Translations under genes and position numbers: made by a program | In this document: positions 9,389-19,456 of the stretch, in pieces | Position numbering within the stretch: the first letter of the stretch is position 1 | Layout of the letters: the number at the start of each line of letters is the position of its first letter | The notes under the pieces: model-generated | The model's input: only the letters and a program-made list of their open reading frames with translations | Database searches by the model: none | Told to the model about the DNA's origin: nothing | From: a virus | Taxonomy: Duplodnaviria > Caudoviricetes | Length of the DNA stretch: 46,776 nt | IMG/VR virus record: IMGVR_UViG_3300025600_000026 | Coordinates: 1 to 46,776 of that record | Reading direction: 5' to 3' (one strand)

Positions 9389-10056
9389 GCAAATACGACT
9401 TCAATATTGCACCGGCGGTTATAGAAATACTTCCTCCTGATAAACGGAAGCCGCGCACTTTGCAGTTGATCGATGCTTTGTTGTCGCCGCTTCAGTGGGC
9501 ACGAAATTTGCTATTCGGATCGTATTACAATGGATTAATTGCATCAGATTACGAGGTCAGAACTTATCATTATTTAGAACAGGCAACTTATCAAAAACGG
9601 GTTTACGTTAGTTTGATTGAAAGCAACATTAGCCCACCCTTGCCAATGACCACCCCAGTAACATGGTTATTGATTCAGGATAACTTTATCGGCGTAAAAG
9701 AACGGATTCTTTACAGTGGTTCAAAATTGGTTTTGGAGTATGCTTTAAATAAACAGTTTGATTCAGTATTCAGACAACCGGACGTATTGAGCGATATTTA
9801 CATCACGAATGATACTCCGGTAATAGATGGGTTTTTAGTCGGAATCACAGAACCGTACTGCAGTAGTGTAGGGCAAACAACATCATCGGATGCAATCGGG
9901 GGTAGTCTTCCATCGGTCTACCTTAATAACTTCATTATTCATATTCCTGCCACTGTTTTAGATTTGACGGTATCGGGGAATATCGAAGCGGTTCATAATT
10001 TCGTAGACAAATACATTCCGGCATCAATAAGATACGAAATAATTAATTACATTTAA
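9385..10056 (+). CDS. baseplate wedge protein (gpI-like)
   Basis: LLSPLQW, LEYALN..FD, FVDKYIPASIRYEI; follows the gpJ-like gene; ATG at 9385 overlaps the upstream stop. Confidence 0.62.
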   Translation: MSKYDFNIAPAVIEILPPDKRKPRTLQLIDALLSPLQWARNLLFGSYYNGLIASDYEVRTYHYLEQATYQKRVYVSLIESNISPPLPMTTPVTWLLIQDNFIGVKERILYSGSKLVLEYALNKQFDSVFRQPDVLSDIYITNDTPVIDGFLVGITEPYCSSVGQTTSSDAIGGSLPSVYLNNFIIHIPATVLDLTVSGNIEAVHNFVDKYIPASIRYEIINYI

Positions 10057-10081
10057 CGCATAATAAAAAAGCCATTATAAA

Positions 10082-10876
10082 ATGAAAATATTAGACGTTT
10101 CAGCTGTTACGGATGCAGCACAAATAAAGATTAAAAAAGGAACATTACAATTCTTACAGGATGCACCAAAAGAAATTGTTTCCTCGGTTCTTGTTGGACT
10201 GATTGGCCCGCTTTATAATCCTTTAGCGGTCTATATTATTCACGGCTGCATAAATACCGGGGATTTAGTAAACTATATTATCTCAAGTGGTGCAGCATTT
10301 TATCAGGGCGAAGTATTCCCGATTGACGCCGCAACATTTAGTGTGACGGGTTTAGACGTGGCTGTTTTCTCAATTGCAATAATTCAATACACAACAGACG
10401 CCGATCCTATGACATTTACGGATTCGACTACTCACAACGTTCACAACATACGAAAACTATCATTGGCCGCAGGAGCAACAGGATCTGGAACTGCAGATTA
10501 TTCGCAAGCGTTTTTTTTAAATTTTACCATTCCTGAAAAAGTAGTTCTTACTGGCGCTGGGGTAACGGGGACTTATCCAAACTTTGTTATTCCAGGATTA
10601 AGCAACGCTTACCCTATTTTGTATGGTGGCAGTTTCCCTGTGGGGAATTTATCAACAACTACACAAAGTTTCAGCGTTACGTTTCCAACAGTTGGAACAT
10701 CTGATTATTTTGTTGGAGGCTCAATTATAAGCGCGGCGACAGATCCCGGATTTGATACTATTCCGTGGTCAGTAAAAGACCGCACACCAACCGGCTTTAC
10801 ACTAACAATGCGAGAGGCTGGAGCTTGGACGCAAAGCATTATTTTTGATTATTGGCTAATACAAAAAGTAGTATAA
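10082..10876 (+). CDS. tail fiber protein
   Basis: Baseplate-attachment N-terminus (LQFLQ, ISSGAAFYQGEVF) and H-type-lectin-like C-terminus (VTFPT..DYFV..TPTGFTL..FDYW). Confidence 0.65.
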   Translation: MKILDVSAVTDAAQIKIKKGTLQFLQDAPKEIVSSVLVGLIGPLYNPLAVYIIHGCINTGDLVNYIISSGAAFYQGEVFPIDAATFSVTGLDVAVFSIAIIQYTTDADPMTFTDSTTHNVHNIRKLSLAAGATGSGTADYSQAFFLNFTIPEKVVLTGAGVTGTYPNFVIPGLSNAYPILYGGSFPVGNLSTTTQSFSVTFPTVGTSDYFVGGSIISAATDPGFDTIPWSVKDRTPTGFTLTMREAGAWTQSIIFDYWLIQKVV

Positions 10877-11166
10877 TGAAAGAACCGAAACCGATTGACA
10901 TTTACAATTATGAGAGTGTAGGCAACCTTGCAGTAGATATGTGCGTAGCATGTATTCAACACGAAATGAAGTTCAATAAACCAATCAAGGCTGTCATCCT
11001 AAATAAGGCTAAATATGAAGTCTTTCAAAGATGGGTAGCGAAAGAGTGGGGCGAAGAACATCTTTATAAGCAATTCTTTATCGAAGGCGTTGAAATTCGC
11101 AAAGAAACGATTATATTTGGCAGCGAATTAATGATCGAATATTACAAACAATCCGAATTAGTATGA
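10876..11166 (+). CDS. hypothetical protein
   Basis: TAATG coupling to the upstream gene. Confidence 0.65.
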   Translation: MKEPKPIDIYNYESVGNLAVDMCVACIQHEMKFNKPIKAVILNKAKYEVFQRWVAKEWGEEHLYKQFFIEGVEIRKETIIFGSELMIEYYKQSELV

Positions 11167-11342
11167 TTCCGAAAGAACGTAGATTTGTAGGTTATTTGCA
11201 GCCGTTACAGGCTCGATTAGTTAAGAATATGTCCGAACAATCAGGACAATCTGCCAGCTCTATTATAGCCGAAGCCGTAAAAGACAAGTTCAATAATATG
11301 CCTGTTTCAGAACGTGAGCGCATTCTTGGACTTAAAAAATAG
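11163..11342 (+). CDS. ribbon-helix-helix (CopG-like) DNA-binding protein, not in the ORF track
   Basis: 59 aa MIPKERRFVGYLQPLQARLVKNMSEQSGQSASSIIAEAVKDKF...; beta-helix-G-x-S-x-S-helix pattern; ATGA overlap. Confidence 0.65.
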   Translation: MIPKERRFVGYLQPLQARLVKNMSEQSGQSASSIIAEAVKDKFNNMPVSERERILGLKK

Positions 11343-11368
11343 TTTTCTTTCCGTTCGTTTTTTAGTTT

Positions 11369-11394
11369 AAGCCTTGCAGAAATGTGAGGCTTTT
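11369..11394 (+). terminator. intrinsic terminator
   Basis: AAGCCTTGCA-GAAA-TGTGAGGCTT followed by TT. Confidence 0.75.
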
Positions 11395-11446
11395 ACATGT
11401 TTAAAAACATGTTTTGTCAGATACTCAATTATTGATATTATATTTG
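11394..11446 (+). promoter_or_regulatory. tandem operator plus -7 box
   Basis: TACATGTT-TAAA-AACATGTT, 25 nt gap, TATATTTG. Confidence 0.7.
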
Positions 11447-11470
11447 AGGCATAATTTAATACTTAAAGTT

Positions 11471-11602
11471 ATGACAAATCTATTTTGGACCAACGGAGAA
11501 TTTTTATCACCTGCTTTATTGATCGTTTGCGTTGTCGCTTTTTTTGTAGTTGCTGCAATAGTTGTATATTTAACTGATAAGAAAACGAATAAATGTAAAT
11601 AA
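11471..11602 (+). CDS. small single-TM membrane protein (moron)
   Basis: 43 aa with a long hydrophobic segment and basic tail, directly after the promoter. Confidence 0.55.
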   Translation: MTNLFWTNGEFLSPALLIVCVVAFFVVAAIVVYLTDKKTNKCK

Positions 11603-11610
11603 CTGAAAAG

Positions 11611-11766
11611 ATGAAAGAAACGCAAGATATTTTGTTAAAAATGGGATTTAGTAATCCAAATTCAAATGTATGGAAAGCTGATTGGTTCGGTGTTTTTTTA
11701 TTAACCAAAGATGCCACACCACGACAATTGGCAATATTCATATATAATAGAGAACACCCAAAATAA
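11611..11766 (+). CDS. small hypothetical protein (moron), not in the ORF track
   Basis: MKETQDILLKMGFSNPNSNVWKADWFGVFLLTKDATPRQLAIFIYNREHPK. Confidence 0.5.
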   Translation: MKETQDILLKMGFSNPNSNVWKADWFGVFLLTKDATPRQLAIFIYNREHPK

Positions 11767-11804
11767 TTAACACGGGCGTAATATCAGACACAAATTTAAA
11801 GATT

Positions 11805-11834
11805 AAAACCCTTCCGATATTGGAGGGGTTTTTT
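11805..11834 (+). terminator. intrinsic terminator
   Basis: AAAACCCTTCCGA / TGGAGGGGTTTTTT hairpin with U tract. Confidence 0.8.
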
Positions 11835-11896
11835 GCGTTTATTAAAATAGTGTTACACTATTCACACATGCAATTTAATAAATTTACTTTTATTGC

Positions 11897-13075
11897 ATGA
11901 ACTATTGTATTGATCCAACAGTTAGCGAGCCTATCATGCTTTTAAATAAGCACATCGGATTTGACGAAGAGGATGGAATGGGTATTGATGGAAGTATATT
12001 CCAACAGGAATTGCTTCAATTAGATACGCTTGGCAAAAAACGCATTCAAGTTTGGATTAATTCACCCGGTGGAGTAGTGACTGATGGTTACAATATTTAC
12101 TCTGCAATTCTCAAATCAAATACTCCAGTTGATACTTATTGCATCGGGGCCGCCGCTTCGATTGCGGGGGTAATATTTCAGGCAGGCAGAAAGCGCATAA
12201 TGTCTGATTATGGGTGGTTAATGTATCACAATCCTTTCGGTGGAACAGATGGTATTCTAAAGACAATGCAGGCAAGTATCATCAAAATGATCGAGCAGCG
12301 TTGCGGAATGTCTGAAGATGAAGTTTCCCGAATGATGGCCCGCACAACCTTCATTGCGGCAGGGGAGGCACTCAATATGAATCTTTGCGACAAAGTAGAT
12401 GCAAGCGTTGATGAGAATACGAAGTACCTGAGAAAGATTACCGATACAATGACTTTTCACAAAGAATGTAATTTAGTTTTAAATTCGATTTTAAATAATA
12501 ACCCAAAAATTAGTAATACAATGATTAAAGTATGTATGAAGCTGGGGCTTAATGATGGCACTCCAGAAGAAAGTATCGTTCAAGCCATTGACAGCATTAT
12601 GAATAAAGTAACTTTAGCAGAACAGGCTAAGGATGCCGCTATTCAGGAGGCTCAAAACAAAGCTAAAACAGCAGACGAGGAATTTGAAAAACTGAAAAAC
12701 AAATTCAAAAAGCTGGAAGAGGAAAAGAAAGCCAAAGATGAGGCGTATGATGCTTGCAAGGCTTCGCTCGATGCAATGACCGAAGATAAGCTGAAAGCCG
12801 AAAATGCAATGAAAGAAGAGGAAGCTAAAAACATGGTAACCAACTTTGCAAAACTTGGCCGTATCAAAAACGAAGCTACTGTTATTCTTAAATGGACCAA
12901 CATGGCAAAGGTTGACTTTGAAGGAACAAAATTAATGATTGAAGACCTTCCATTGAATAAGGTAGCAACAAAGGCGGTCGATGCCGAGGCTCAAAAATTA
13001 GGCGCCGGTGAAATACCAACGTCATCTATCGGATTGGCTGTAAAAAACAGACTGAAACGCGAAGGCAAAATTTAA
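11897..13075 (+). CDS. ClpP-type prohead protease fused to a coiled-coil scaffold
   Basis: INSPGG, GAAASIAGVI, LMYHNP motifs; K/E/A-rich C-terminal half. Confidence 0.9.
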   Translation: MNYCIDPTVSEPIMLLNKHIGFDEEDGMGIDGSIFQQELLQLDTLGKKRIQVWINSPGGVVTDGYNIYSAILKSNTPVDTYCIGAAASIAGVIFQAGRKRIMSDYGWLMYHNPFGGTDGILKTMQASIIKMIEQRCGMSEDEVSRMMARTTFIAAGEALNMNLCDKVDASVDENTKYLRKITDTMTFHKECNLVLNSILNNNPKISNTMIKVCMKLGLNDGTPEESIVQAIDSIMNKVTLAEQAKDAAIQEAQNKAKTADEEFEKLKNKFKKLEEEKKAKDEAYDACKASLDAMTEDKLKAENAMKEEEAKNMVTNFAKLGRIKNEATVILKWTNMAKVDFEGTKLMIEDLPLNKVATKAVDAEAQKLGAGEIPTSSIGLAVKNRLKREGKI

Positions 13076-13100
13076 TCTTAAATTCTAATAATAAAACAAA

Positions 13101-14111
13101 ATGGCATTAAACATTACAGATACAGCATACGCCGGTACGTTCGCATCATATTTCTGGTTACCGGCAACCTTTGGAATGGATACTCTTCAAAAAGGAGGTG
13201 TCTATGTTCAGGACGGTATTAAGAAAGCTCATACCATCGGCAGAATTGACTTTTCAAACCCATTACAACCACGCGCAGCCACACCAACAGGATCAGGCAC
13301 ATTCACAGTTTCAGGCAGAACATTGACGCCTGCTGACGTTATGGTTTATACCGAATTTAACCCACGCGATTATGAAGCTCATTGGTTGGCCGAACAGCTT
13401 TCACCAACTTTGTTAGCCCGCGAACTTCCGGTAACTGCCGAAAACTATATGATTCAAATCGCTCTCGAAAGAACGTTTGAACAGATCGAACTTGGTTTAT
13501 GGCAAGGTTCAACAACCTACACCGCCGCACCTGGTTCTGCTGGTAATGGTCAGATTTGCTTTTTTGACGGATTCCTGAAATTAATGGTAAATGATTCAGC
13601 CGTTCTTAAAGTTTCTTCGCCTTATCCATTGACTACCGCCGCAACTGCCGGATCATTGTATAATATCGTTGATGCTTTTAATGCACTTATCGCACTTGCT
13701 GCAACAAACAAAAAAGCACTTTTAAGTAGGGCTAAAAGGTATGAAAGAATGAAGTTCTTTGTTTCGATTAACACCGAACAGATTTATGAAACATATCTTA
13801 CTACGACTTTAACTTATAAGGGTGTAAACACAACCGAACGAGGAATCAATAAGTTTAAAGGTTATGAAATTGTAGCTCTTGCAGGGATGGCAGACGATAC
13901 GATTCTGTTTTGTGAAGGTCTTGACGATGTGAGTTCTAACCTTTATGTTGGAATGAACAGCACTGAAGATAACAACTTACAACTCCAAAGATTACAGGCC
14001 AATTCAGAACTTTTCTTCTTGAAAGGATTGATGAAGTTTGCAGTACAATACGGATTCTCAGATCAGATTTTCATGTTCACCACATTGACATCCGGTTCTT
14101 TTAACGCATAA
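13101..14111 (+). CDS. major capsid protein
   Basis: 336 aa after the protease; LWQG...FDGFLK motif of Bacteroidota phage capsids. Confidence 0.82.
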   Translation: MALNITDTAYAGTFASYFWLPATFGMDTLQKGGVYVQDGIKKAHTIGRIDFSNPLQPRAATPTGSGTFTVSGRTLTPADVMVYTEFNPRDYEAHWLAEQLSPTLLARELPVTAENYMIQIALERTFEQIELGLWQGSTTYTAAPGSAGNGQICFFDGFLKLMVNDSAVLKVSSPYPLTTAATAGSLYNIVDAFNALIALAATNKKALLSRAKRYERMKFFVSINTEQIYETYLTTTLTYKGVNTTERGINKFKGYEIVALAGMADDTILFCEGLDDVSSNLYVGMNSTEDNNLQLQRLQANSELFFLKGLMKFAVQYGFSDQIFMFTTLTSGSFNA

Positions 14112-14120
14112 TTAAAATAC

Positions 14121-14145
14121 AGGGGGCGGTTAATTCCACCCCCTT
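14121..14145 (+). terminator. GC hairpin after the capsid gene (stabiliser or weak terminator)
   Basis: AGGGGGCGG-TTAATT-CCACCCCCT. Confidence 0.5.
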
Positions 14146-14160
14146 AAAACAATATTCAAA

Positions 14161-14535
14161 ATGAGTACAATTTCAAGATTTCCGAATACTCCATCTGCTG
14201 ACAATACAGATAGGATTAGAACCAACGAGTATCTAACTCCAGCATATGCCGCTACCATTGCACTGAATCCATCCAAAAGCAAAACCCTGGTAAATTTCGC
14301 AGCATTAACCGGTGCATTGACCGTGACTATTGGCGTAGGTACATCTTCTACCGCACCCTTTGTAGGCGATGTGGTTATAATGATGTTTACTGCCGCTGCT
14401 GATCGTATTGTTACTTTCACTACTGGTGTATTGTCAACCGGAACGCTTACAGTTTTGGCAGGCAAAACAGCCAATATGCAATTCATGTTCAATGGCGCTG
14501 CCTGGTGCGAAACCGACAGAACGGTAACTGCATAA
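14161..14535 (+). CDS. capsid decoration-like protein
   Basis: T/A/G-rich beta protein directly after the capsid gene; C-terminal F.FNGAAW.E motif. Confidence 0.55.
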   Translation: MSTISRFPNTPSADNTDRIRTNEYLTPAYAATIALNPSKSKTLVNFAALTGALTVTIGVGTSSTAPFVGDVVIMMFTAAADRIVTFTTGVLSTGTLTVLAGKTANMQFMFNGAAWCETDRTVTA

Positions 14536-14538
14536 GCT

Positions 14539-14736
14539 ATGTTAGAGAGGTATAAGCAAGTATTTGAAGCCCTTCCGCACGTTACCGAAATATGGGTAAC
14601 AAGTGATGGAGAGTTTCATTTACACCCCGCCAACGGAGGCGAACATATTATCCGGAATGACGACCTTTCAGTTAGCGAATATCAGGAAGACAAAGAAATA
14701 AAACCGCGTTCTTCGGGACGTCCAAAAAAATCATAA
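14539..14736 (+). CDS. hypothetical protein
   Basis: IWVTSDGEFH motif and GRPKK tail; lies before the sheath gene. Confidence 0.65.
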   Translation: MLERYKQVFEALPHVTEIWVTSDGEFHLHPANGGEHIIRNDDLSVSEYQEDKEIKPRSSGRPKKS

Positions 14737-16263
14737 ATGAGGCCAGATATAACATTCATCAAAGGTCAAGGACAAAGTAAAAGAGTAGGCGCCGGACAGG
14801 ATTATATATCCGGCCTTATTCTTTACACTGCCTCTTTGCCTTCAGGATTTACAACTACGGCGAACATTAAGCAAATGTTTTCTATTGTAGACGCTGAAAA
14901 CGCCGGTATTAAATCCGATTATTCAGATGGCACAAAAGCAGCAGGAATTTATCTTATAACAACAGCCGGAACGACAGGCGATGTAATCACACTGCAAGTA
15001 ACAGAACCGAGGGGCGTTATTATTACTTTAGGATCATACGCTAAATTGTCAACTGATTCAACTGTTTCATTAGTTGGTGACGGATTAACCGCTGCAATTA
15101 ACGCAGGGACTAAAGTACACGGATATACTGCTCTTAATACCGCCGGGTCAGTTGCGATTACTTCACGCGCCGGACTTGGGATATTCCTTAACTCGGGGAC
15201 ACCACTTTCAGCAACATTAAGCGCGGGTGCTACAATGGCCGGAACTATTACTCAATTCACTGGTGGAGCTGCTTCAAAACAAGCCGTATGGCATTACCAT
15301 ATCGCAGAGTATTTCAGAGGTAACCCGAATAGTTCGCTTTACGTTGGATTCTTTCCTGTTCCTTCGCCTTATACTTTCGCCGAAATTACAGCAATGCAAA
15401 CATTTGCAGCCGGAACGATTCGACAGGTAGGTATTTTCAAAGATTCATCGGCCTATGCCCCAGGTGATTTAACCGCTATTGACGGGGTTATAAAAACAAT
15501 GAATGATGCAAGGCATAAACCATTAAGCGCACTTTATGCAGCCGATATGAAAGCGGTAACCGATATTACAACGGTTGCAGACTTAACCACATTGACAGCA
15601 AATAAAGCAAGTTCAATTATTGGTCAGGATGGTGCAGCGTTAGGTAATTACCTATTTTTGATTACTGGTAAATCGATTACTCAATTGGGCATCGCATTAG
15701 GCATGTTATCGCTAAGTGCTGTAAGTGAAGACTTCGGGGAGCCTGCAAAATTCAATCTTTCGAATGGCACAGAAAATGACATTCCAGGCTTTGCAAACGG
15801 TCAACTCTTATCTGATCCCGCTCTGTCTGATTCAGCACTTGACGCGATTAACGACAAACGTCATATCTTCGGACAACAGTATGTAGGATATGCTGGAACG
15901 TTCTTTAACGACAATCACACTGCCATTACAATCGCTTCTGATTACGCTTATATCAATGATAACAGGGTAATCGACAAAGCTATTCGCGGTGTCTATTCTG
16001 CTTTAATTCCTTATCTAAAAAGTAAGCTATTGAAGAATGCAGACGGCACACTTGCAGATACTACGATAGCTTTTCTTGAAGCTCAGGCGATTCAACCGCT
16101 TTATCAAATGGCACGCGATCAGGATTTGGGCGAAGTTTCAGAAGGCGATGTTTATATTGATCCAACACAAAACGTTTCTTTAACGAGTACGTTAGTAGTC
16201 AATATTTTACTGAACGAAAACGGAATAGCTCGCAACATTTCAATTCCAATATCTTTTAAATAA
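14737..16263 (+). CDS. contractile tail sheath (DUF2586-like)
   Basis: DYISGL, WHYHIAEYF, SDYAYINDNRVIDKAIR, GIARNI motifs. Confidence 0.88.
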   Translation: MRPDITFIKGQGQSKRVGAGQDYISGLILYTASLPSGFTTTANIKQMFSIVDAENAGIKSDYSDGTKAAGIYLITTAGTTGDVITLQVTEPRGVIITLGSYAKLSTDSTVSLVGDGLTAAINAGTKVHGYTALNTAGSVAITSRAGLGIFLNSGTPLSATLSAGATMAGTITQFTGGAASKQAVWHYHIAEYFRGNPNSSLYVGFFPVPSPYTFAEITAMQTFAAGTIRQVGIFKDSSAYAPGDLTAIDGVIKTMNDARHKPLSALYAADMKAVTDITTVADLTTLTANKASSIIGQDGAALGNYLFLITGKSITQLGIALGMLSLSAVSEDFGEPAKFNLSNGTENDIPGFANGQLLSDPALSDSALDAINDKRHIFGQQYVGYAGTFFNDNHTAITIASDYAYINDNRVIDKAIRGVYSALIPYLKSKLLKNADGTLADTTIAFLEAQAIQPLYQMARDQDLGEVSEGDVYIDPTQNVSLTSTLVVNILLNENGIARNISIPISFK

Positions 16264-16269
16264 AAAATT

Positions 16270-16686
16270 ATGGCAACCCCTTTAATAAATGGTGTAGCAT
16301 ATAGCTGGAGTTCGATCAACTTCGTTTTGTTCGGCGTTCCGGTATCCGGTATCACTTCGATTGAATTCAACAGAAAACAGTCGAAAACCAACAATTACGG
16401 CGCCGGCCCGGAACCAGTAAGCCGCGGATATGGTCGGAAAGAGTACGACGGCTCAATTGAGATTTATTTGGACGAATGGAAAAAAGTAATTGCAGCCGCT
16501 CCAAATAGAGATCCATTGGCTATCGGATGGTTTGATATTCCGGTTGTTTATGGCAATTCAGTAGCAGACGCAACAAAAGACATCCTCAGGGCGTGCGAAT
16601 TCCTTGAAGATCCATTTAATGCAAAAGAAGGCGATACAAAGTTGACTGTTAAAATTCCTTTAATTATTGCTCAAATTACCCGATAA
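16270..16686 (+). CDS. tail tube protein
   Basis: LINGVAYSWSSI...NNYGAG.EPVSRGYG; follows the sheath. Confidence 0.85.
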   Translation: MATPLINGVAYSWSSINFVLFGVPVSGITSIEFNRKQSKTNNYGAGPEPVSRGYGRKEYDGSIEIYLDEWKKVIAAAPNRDPLAIGWFDIPVVYGNSVADATKDILRACEFLEDPFNAKEGDTKLTVKIPLIIAQITR

Positions 16687-16687
16687 T

Positions 16688-17053
16688 ATGGAAATTACAC
16701 AATTAACAGACAAAGAAACCGCCGAATACGAAGCGAAAGCCGCGGAATTAGCGAAGAAATACGGGATTGTTAAAGTTCATGTTTACGTTGGTATTGACCC
16801 TGAAACAAATGATCGAATAGTAGGTTATATCAAAGAACCTAACTATATTCAAACGTTGTGTTTCATGGATAAAATTACAGGTTCAGGCACATGGATTGCA
16901 GCCGACGAAATGCGAGAAACATTAACGCTTCGTGAGGAATCCAATTCGAAGACATACGAAAGTTCATCGGACTGCACACCGTACAAAATAGGAATGTGTC
17001 GTATTTGCATCGGACTGGGTGAGGTTATTGAAAGTTCGTTTAAAAAAAAATAG
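16688..17053 (+). CDS. tail assembly chaperone (gpG-like)
   Basis: Between tube and tape measure; ends TTT AAA AAA AAA TAG. Confidence 0.8.
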   Translation: MEITQLTDKETAEYEAKAAELAKKYGIVKVHVYVGIDPETNDRIVGYIKEPNYIQTLCFMDKITGSGTWIAADEMRETLTLREESNSKTYESSSDCTPYKIGMCRICIGLGEVIESSFKKK

Positions 17054-17238
17054 CTGATAGCAAAATCGACAATTCGAGTGCGCCAACCGCACGAATGGCA
17101 GCTCTTATTCGGGGCTGCCTTTTTGTTGACACCGATAAGCTAACAGGAACAGACGAAGAAAAGGCCAATGAGTTTTATAAACTATGGGGGCAAACAAAAT
17201 ACTATTTAGAAACCGTTCATCAAGTCCAATTTAAATGA
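17042..17238 (+). CDS. -1 frameshift extension of the tail chaperone (gpGT-like)
   Basis: A9 slippery run at 17042-17050; -1 frame is open (IADSKIDNSSAPTARMAALIRG...VQFK) to a TGA overlapping the tape measure ATG. Confidence 0.75.
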
Positions 17239-18809
17239 GTAGTACTTTAGTCGAATATATTTTAAATTTAAGGGGTAATCTTACACCTCAGGTCAATTCC
17301 GCAACAACCGCAACGCAACAATTAACCGGTGCAATGGGAACGGCCAGAGGGGCTGCATTATCGCTTGGTTCCGCTATGGGTATAGCATTTGGAGTTGCCG
17401 GAATTGCAATGTTTATCAAAAATGTAGTGACAGCCGGTTCGTTCGTTGAAGATGCAACTACCGGATTAACAACGCTACTAAAAAGCTCTTCTGCCGCCAC
17501 CGAGGTTATAAAAAATGTAATGGCGGACGCTATGGCCACTCCATTTGAATTTAAAGGACTTTTAGCAGCAAACAAAGCGTTAATATCAGCAGACGAAACA
17601 GCGGAGGGCGCAAGGGAGGCGGTCTATAATTTAGCTAATGCGATCAGCGCAACAGGCGGCGGAAACGAGGAACTTACACGAATGGTTGTGAACTTACAGC
17701 AGATTAAAAACGTTGGATTTGCGAGCGCTTTAGATATTAAACAGTTTGCTTATGCAGGGGTAAATATTTACAAAGCGCTAAATGAGGCAGGAATAAAAAC
17801 AGGCGAAGGGCAAAGAATAACTTATCAGCAAATCACAAAAGCATTAAAGATCGCTCATGCCGAGGGTGGTATTTATTATCACGGTCTTGAAAATATGGCC
17901 AAAAATACAAGTGTTGTACTTTCAAACGTTGGGGATTCGCTTTTCCAATTCATGAATAATATTTATATTGAGGCAAAGCCCTTAATAGTAGGAGTTTTAA
18001 ATGCTGCGTTAGCCGGAATAACAAAGTTAAATACAGCTTTTGCCGTATCGGTTAAGTTTGTCAAAGATCACAAAGACGCTATTACGTGGGTTATTGCTTC
18101 GTATGCTACATATAAAGCAATAACGCTTGGAGTAATATCAGCCACTGCACTACATGTATGGTATACAGGGTTAAGCACCGCCGCAATTATCGTGAATACG
18201 TTAGCTACCGAAGGATTATCTGCGGCTTGGCTTGCTGTGAAAATAGCCATGGCCGGAACCGGAATACCATTACTTATTGCAGGGGTTGCTGCGTTAATCG
18301 GCGGGGTAGTGGCATTGACCGTTCATTTCGGCAGTTTCGGAAATATGCTTTCTGCGGTTTGGGAAATGGCTAAAGTTGTCGGGAATGGGATAGCTGGAGT
18401 ATTTCAGGGCGTAGGCCAGGCAATAATGGGAGTACTTACGTTTGATCCTGCGATGGTAAAAGCCGGGGTTAATTCAGCTATCGATGCAGCATTAGACGCA
18501 AAAGAGCGATTAGGTACTATTTACGGTGGAATGGGGGCCGTAAAAAATGCAGGTTCTGCAGAATCTTTAATGCCGTCAACTGTGGGCAAAGGCAAAAAGG
18601 GCGATCCAGGTGCGGAGGGCGCAATGCCAAAAACAAAAGCCGAAGGCTCAAAGAATATCAATATTCACATTGCTTATAATGCACCATTAATACAAGGGTT
18701 CACAATTTCGACAACCAATGTAAAAGAAGGTATCGGAAGTCTGAAAGAAAAGATTACCGCCGTATTGGTAAATGCAACGCATGATTCATTAATTATAGCA
18801 GATCACTAA
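17235..18809 (+). CDS. tape measure protein
   Basis: A/G-rich; tape measure N-terminal domain (ATPFE..DIKQFAYAGVNIY); hydrophobic segments. Confidence 0.9.
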   Translation: MSSTLVEYILNLRGNLTPQVNSATTATQQLTGAMGTARGAALSLGSAMGIAFGVAGIAMFIKNVVTAGSFVEDATTGLTTLLKSSSAATEVIKNVMADAMATPFEFKGLLAANKALISADETAEGAREAVYNLANAISATGGGNEELTRMVVNLQQIKNVGFASALDIKQFAYAGVNIYKALNEAGIKTGEGQRITYQQITKALKIAHAEGGIYYHGLENMAKNTSVVLSNVGDSLFQFMNNIYIEAKPLIVGVLNAALAGITKLNTAFAVSVKFVKDHKDAITWVIASYATYKAITLGVISATALHVWYTGLSTAAIIVNTLATEGLSAAWLAVKIAMAGTGIPLLIAGVAALIGGVVALTVHFGSFGNMLSAVWEMAKVVGNGIAGVFQGVGQAIMGVLTFDPAMVKAGVNSAIDAALDAKERLGTIYGGMGAVKNAGSAESLMPSTVGKGKKGDPGAEGAMPKTKAEGSKNINIHIAYNAPLIQGFTISTTNVKEGIGSLKEKITAVLVNATHDSLIIADH

Positions 18810-19456
18810 TGACAACTATACGAGAATTTGTTATACCGCGAGTTTCGGCCGCTCAAATAGGGATGATCGCCGGACGGTCTGCCGGAATTATTGCAACAGG
18901 ACTGCAGCAGGACGCGCGAAGATTCGCACCGGACAATAACCCATACGTAGGACAAATAGATCAGTCGAGTGATCTGGACAGTCCCATTCACGGGCATAAA
19001 ACCGAATTTGGAACAGATGTTTGGGTTGAGATTACTTTTGGTTCGGTAAAATATACAGATGCAACCGGCAAATCAATAACAACTCCGAAGATCACATTTC
19101 AGGCTATTTTAGTTTCCGTATCATTTCCACGCAATATTGTTAAAACAGAAATACAGGGACGTAACGGAACAGTTAAAGAATATATAGGAGAGGGCGATGC
19201 TCAAATATCATTCCGGGGAATAATCACAGGTAAAAATGGACACTATCCCGAAGAACAGGTTGCTGAATTAATGAAGTTAATTAAAGCTCCGGTTCCTATT
19301 CCAGTTTTTTCTGTTTACCTTCAGACAATGGATATTGACTCAGTAATCTTTGAAGATCGAAACTTAGAGCAAGAAGAGGGCGGTTATTCGTATCAAACCT
19401 TTTCGTTAAATGCAATATCTGACACGCCTCAGGAATTGAAAATAACAGGAATGTAA
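18809..19456 (+). CDS. tail tube initiator/baseplate protein (DUF6046-like)
   Basis: RNIVKTEIQGRNGTVKEYI and LNAISD motifs. Confidence 0.75.
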   Translation: MTTIREFVIPRVSAAQIGMIAGRSAGIIATGLQQDARRFAPDNNPYVGQIDQSSDLDSPIHGHKTEFGTDVWVEITFGSVKYTDATGKSITTPKITFQAILVSVSFPRNIVKTEIQGRNGTVKEYIGEGDAQISFRGIITGKNGHYPEEQVAELMKLIKAPVPIPVFSVYLQTMDIDSVIFEDRNLEQEEGGYSYQTFSLNAISDTPQELKITGM

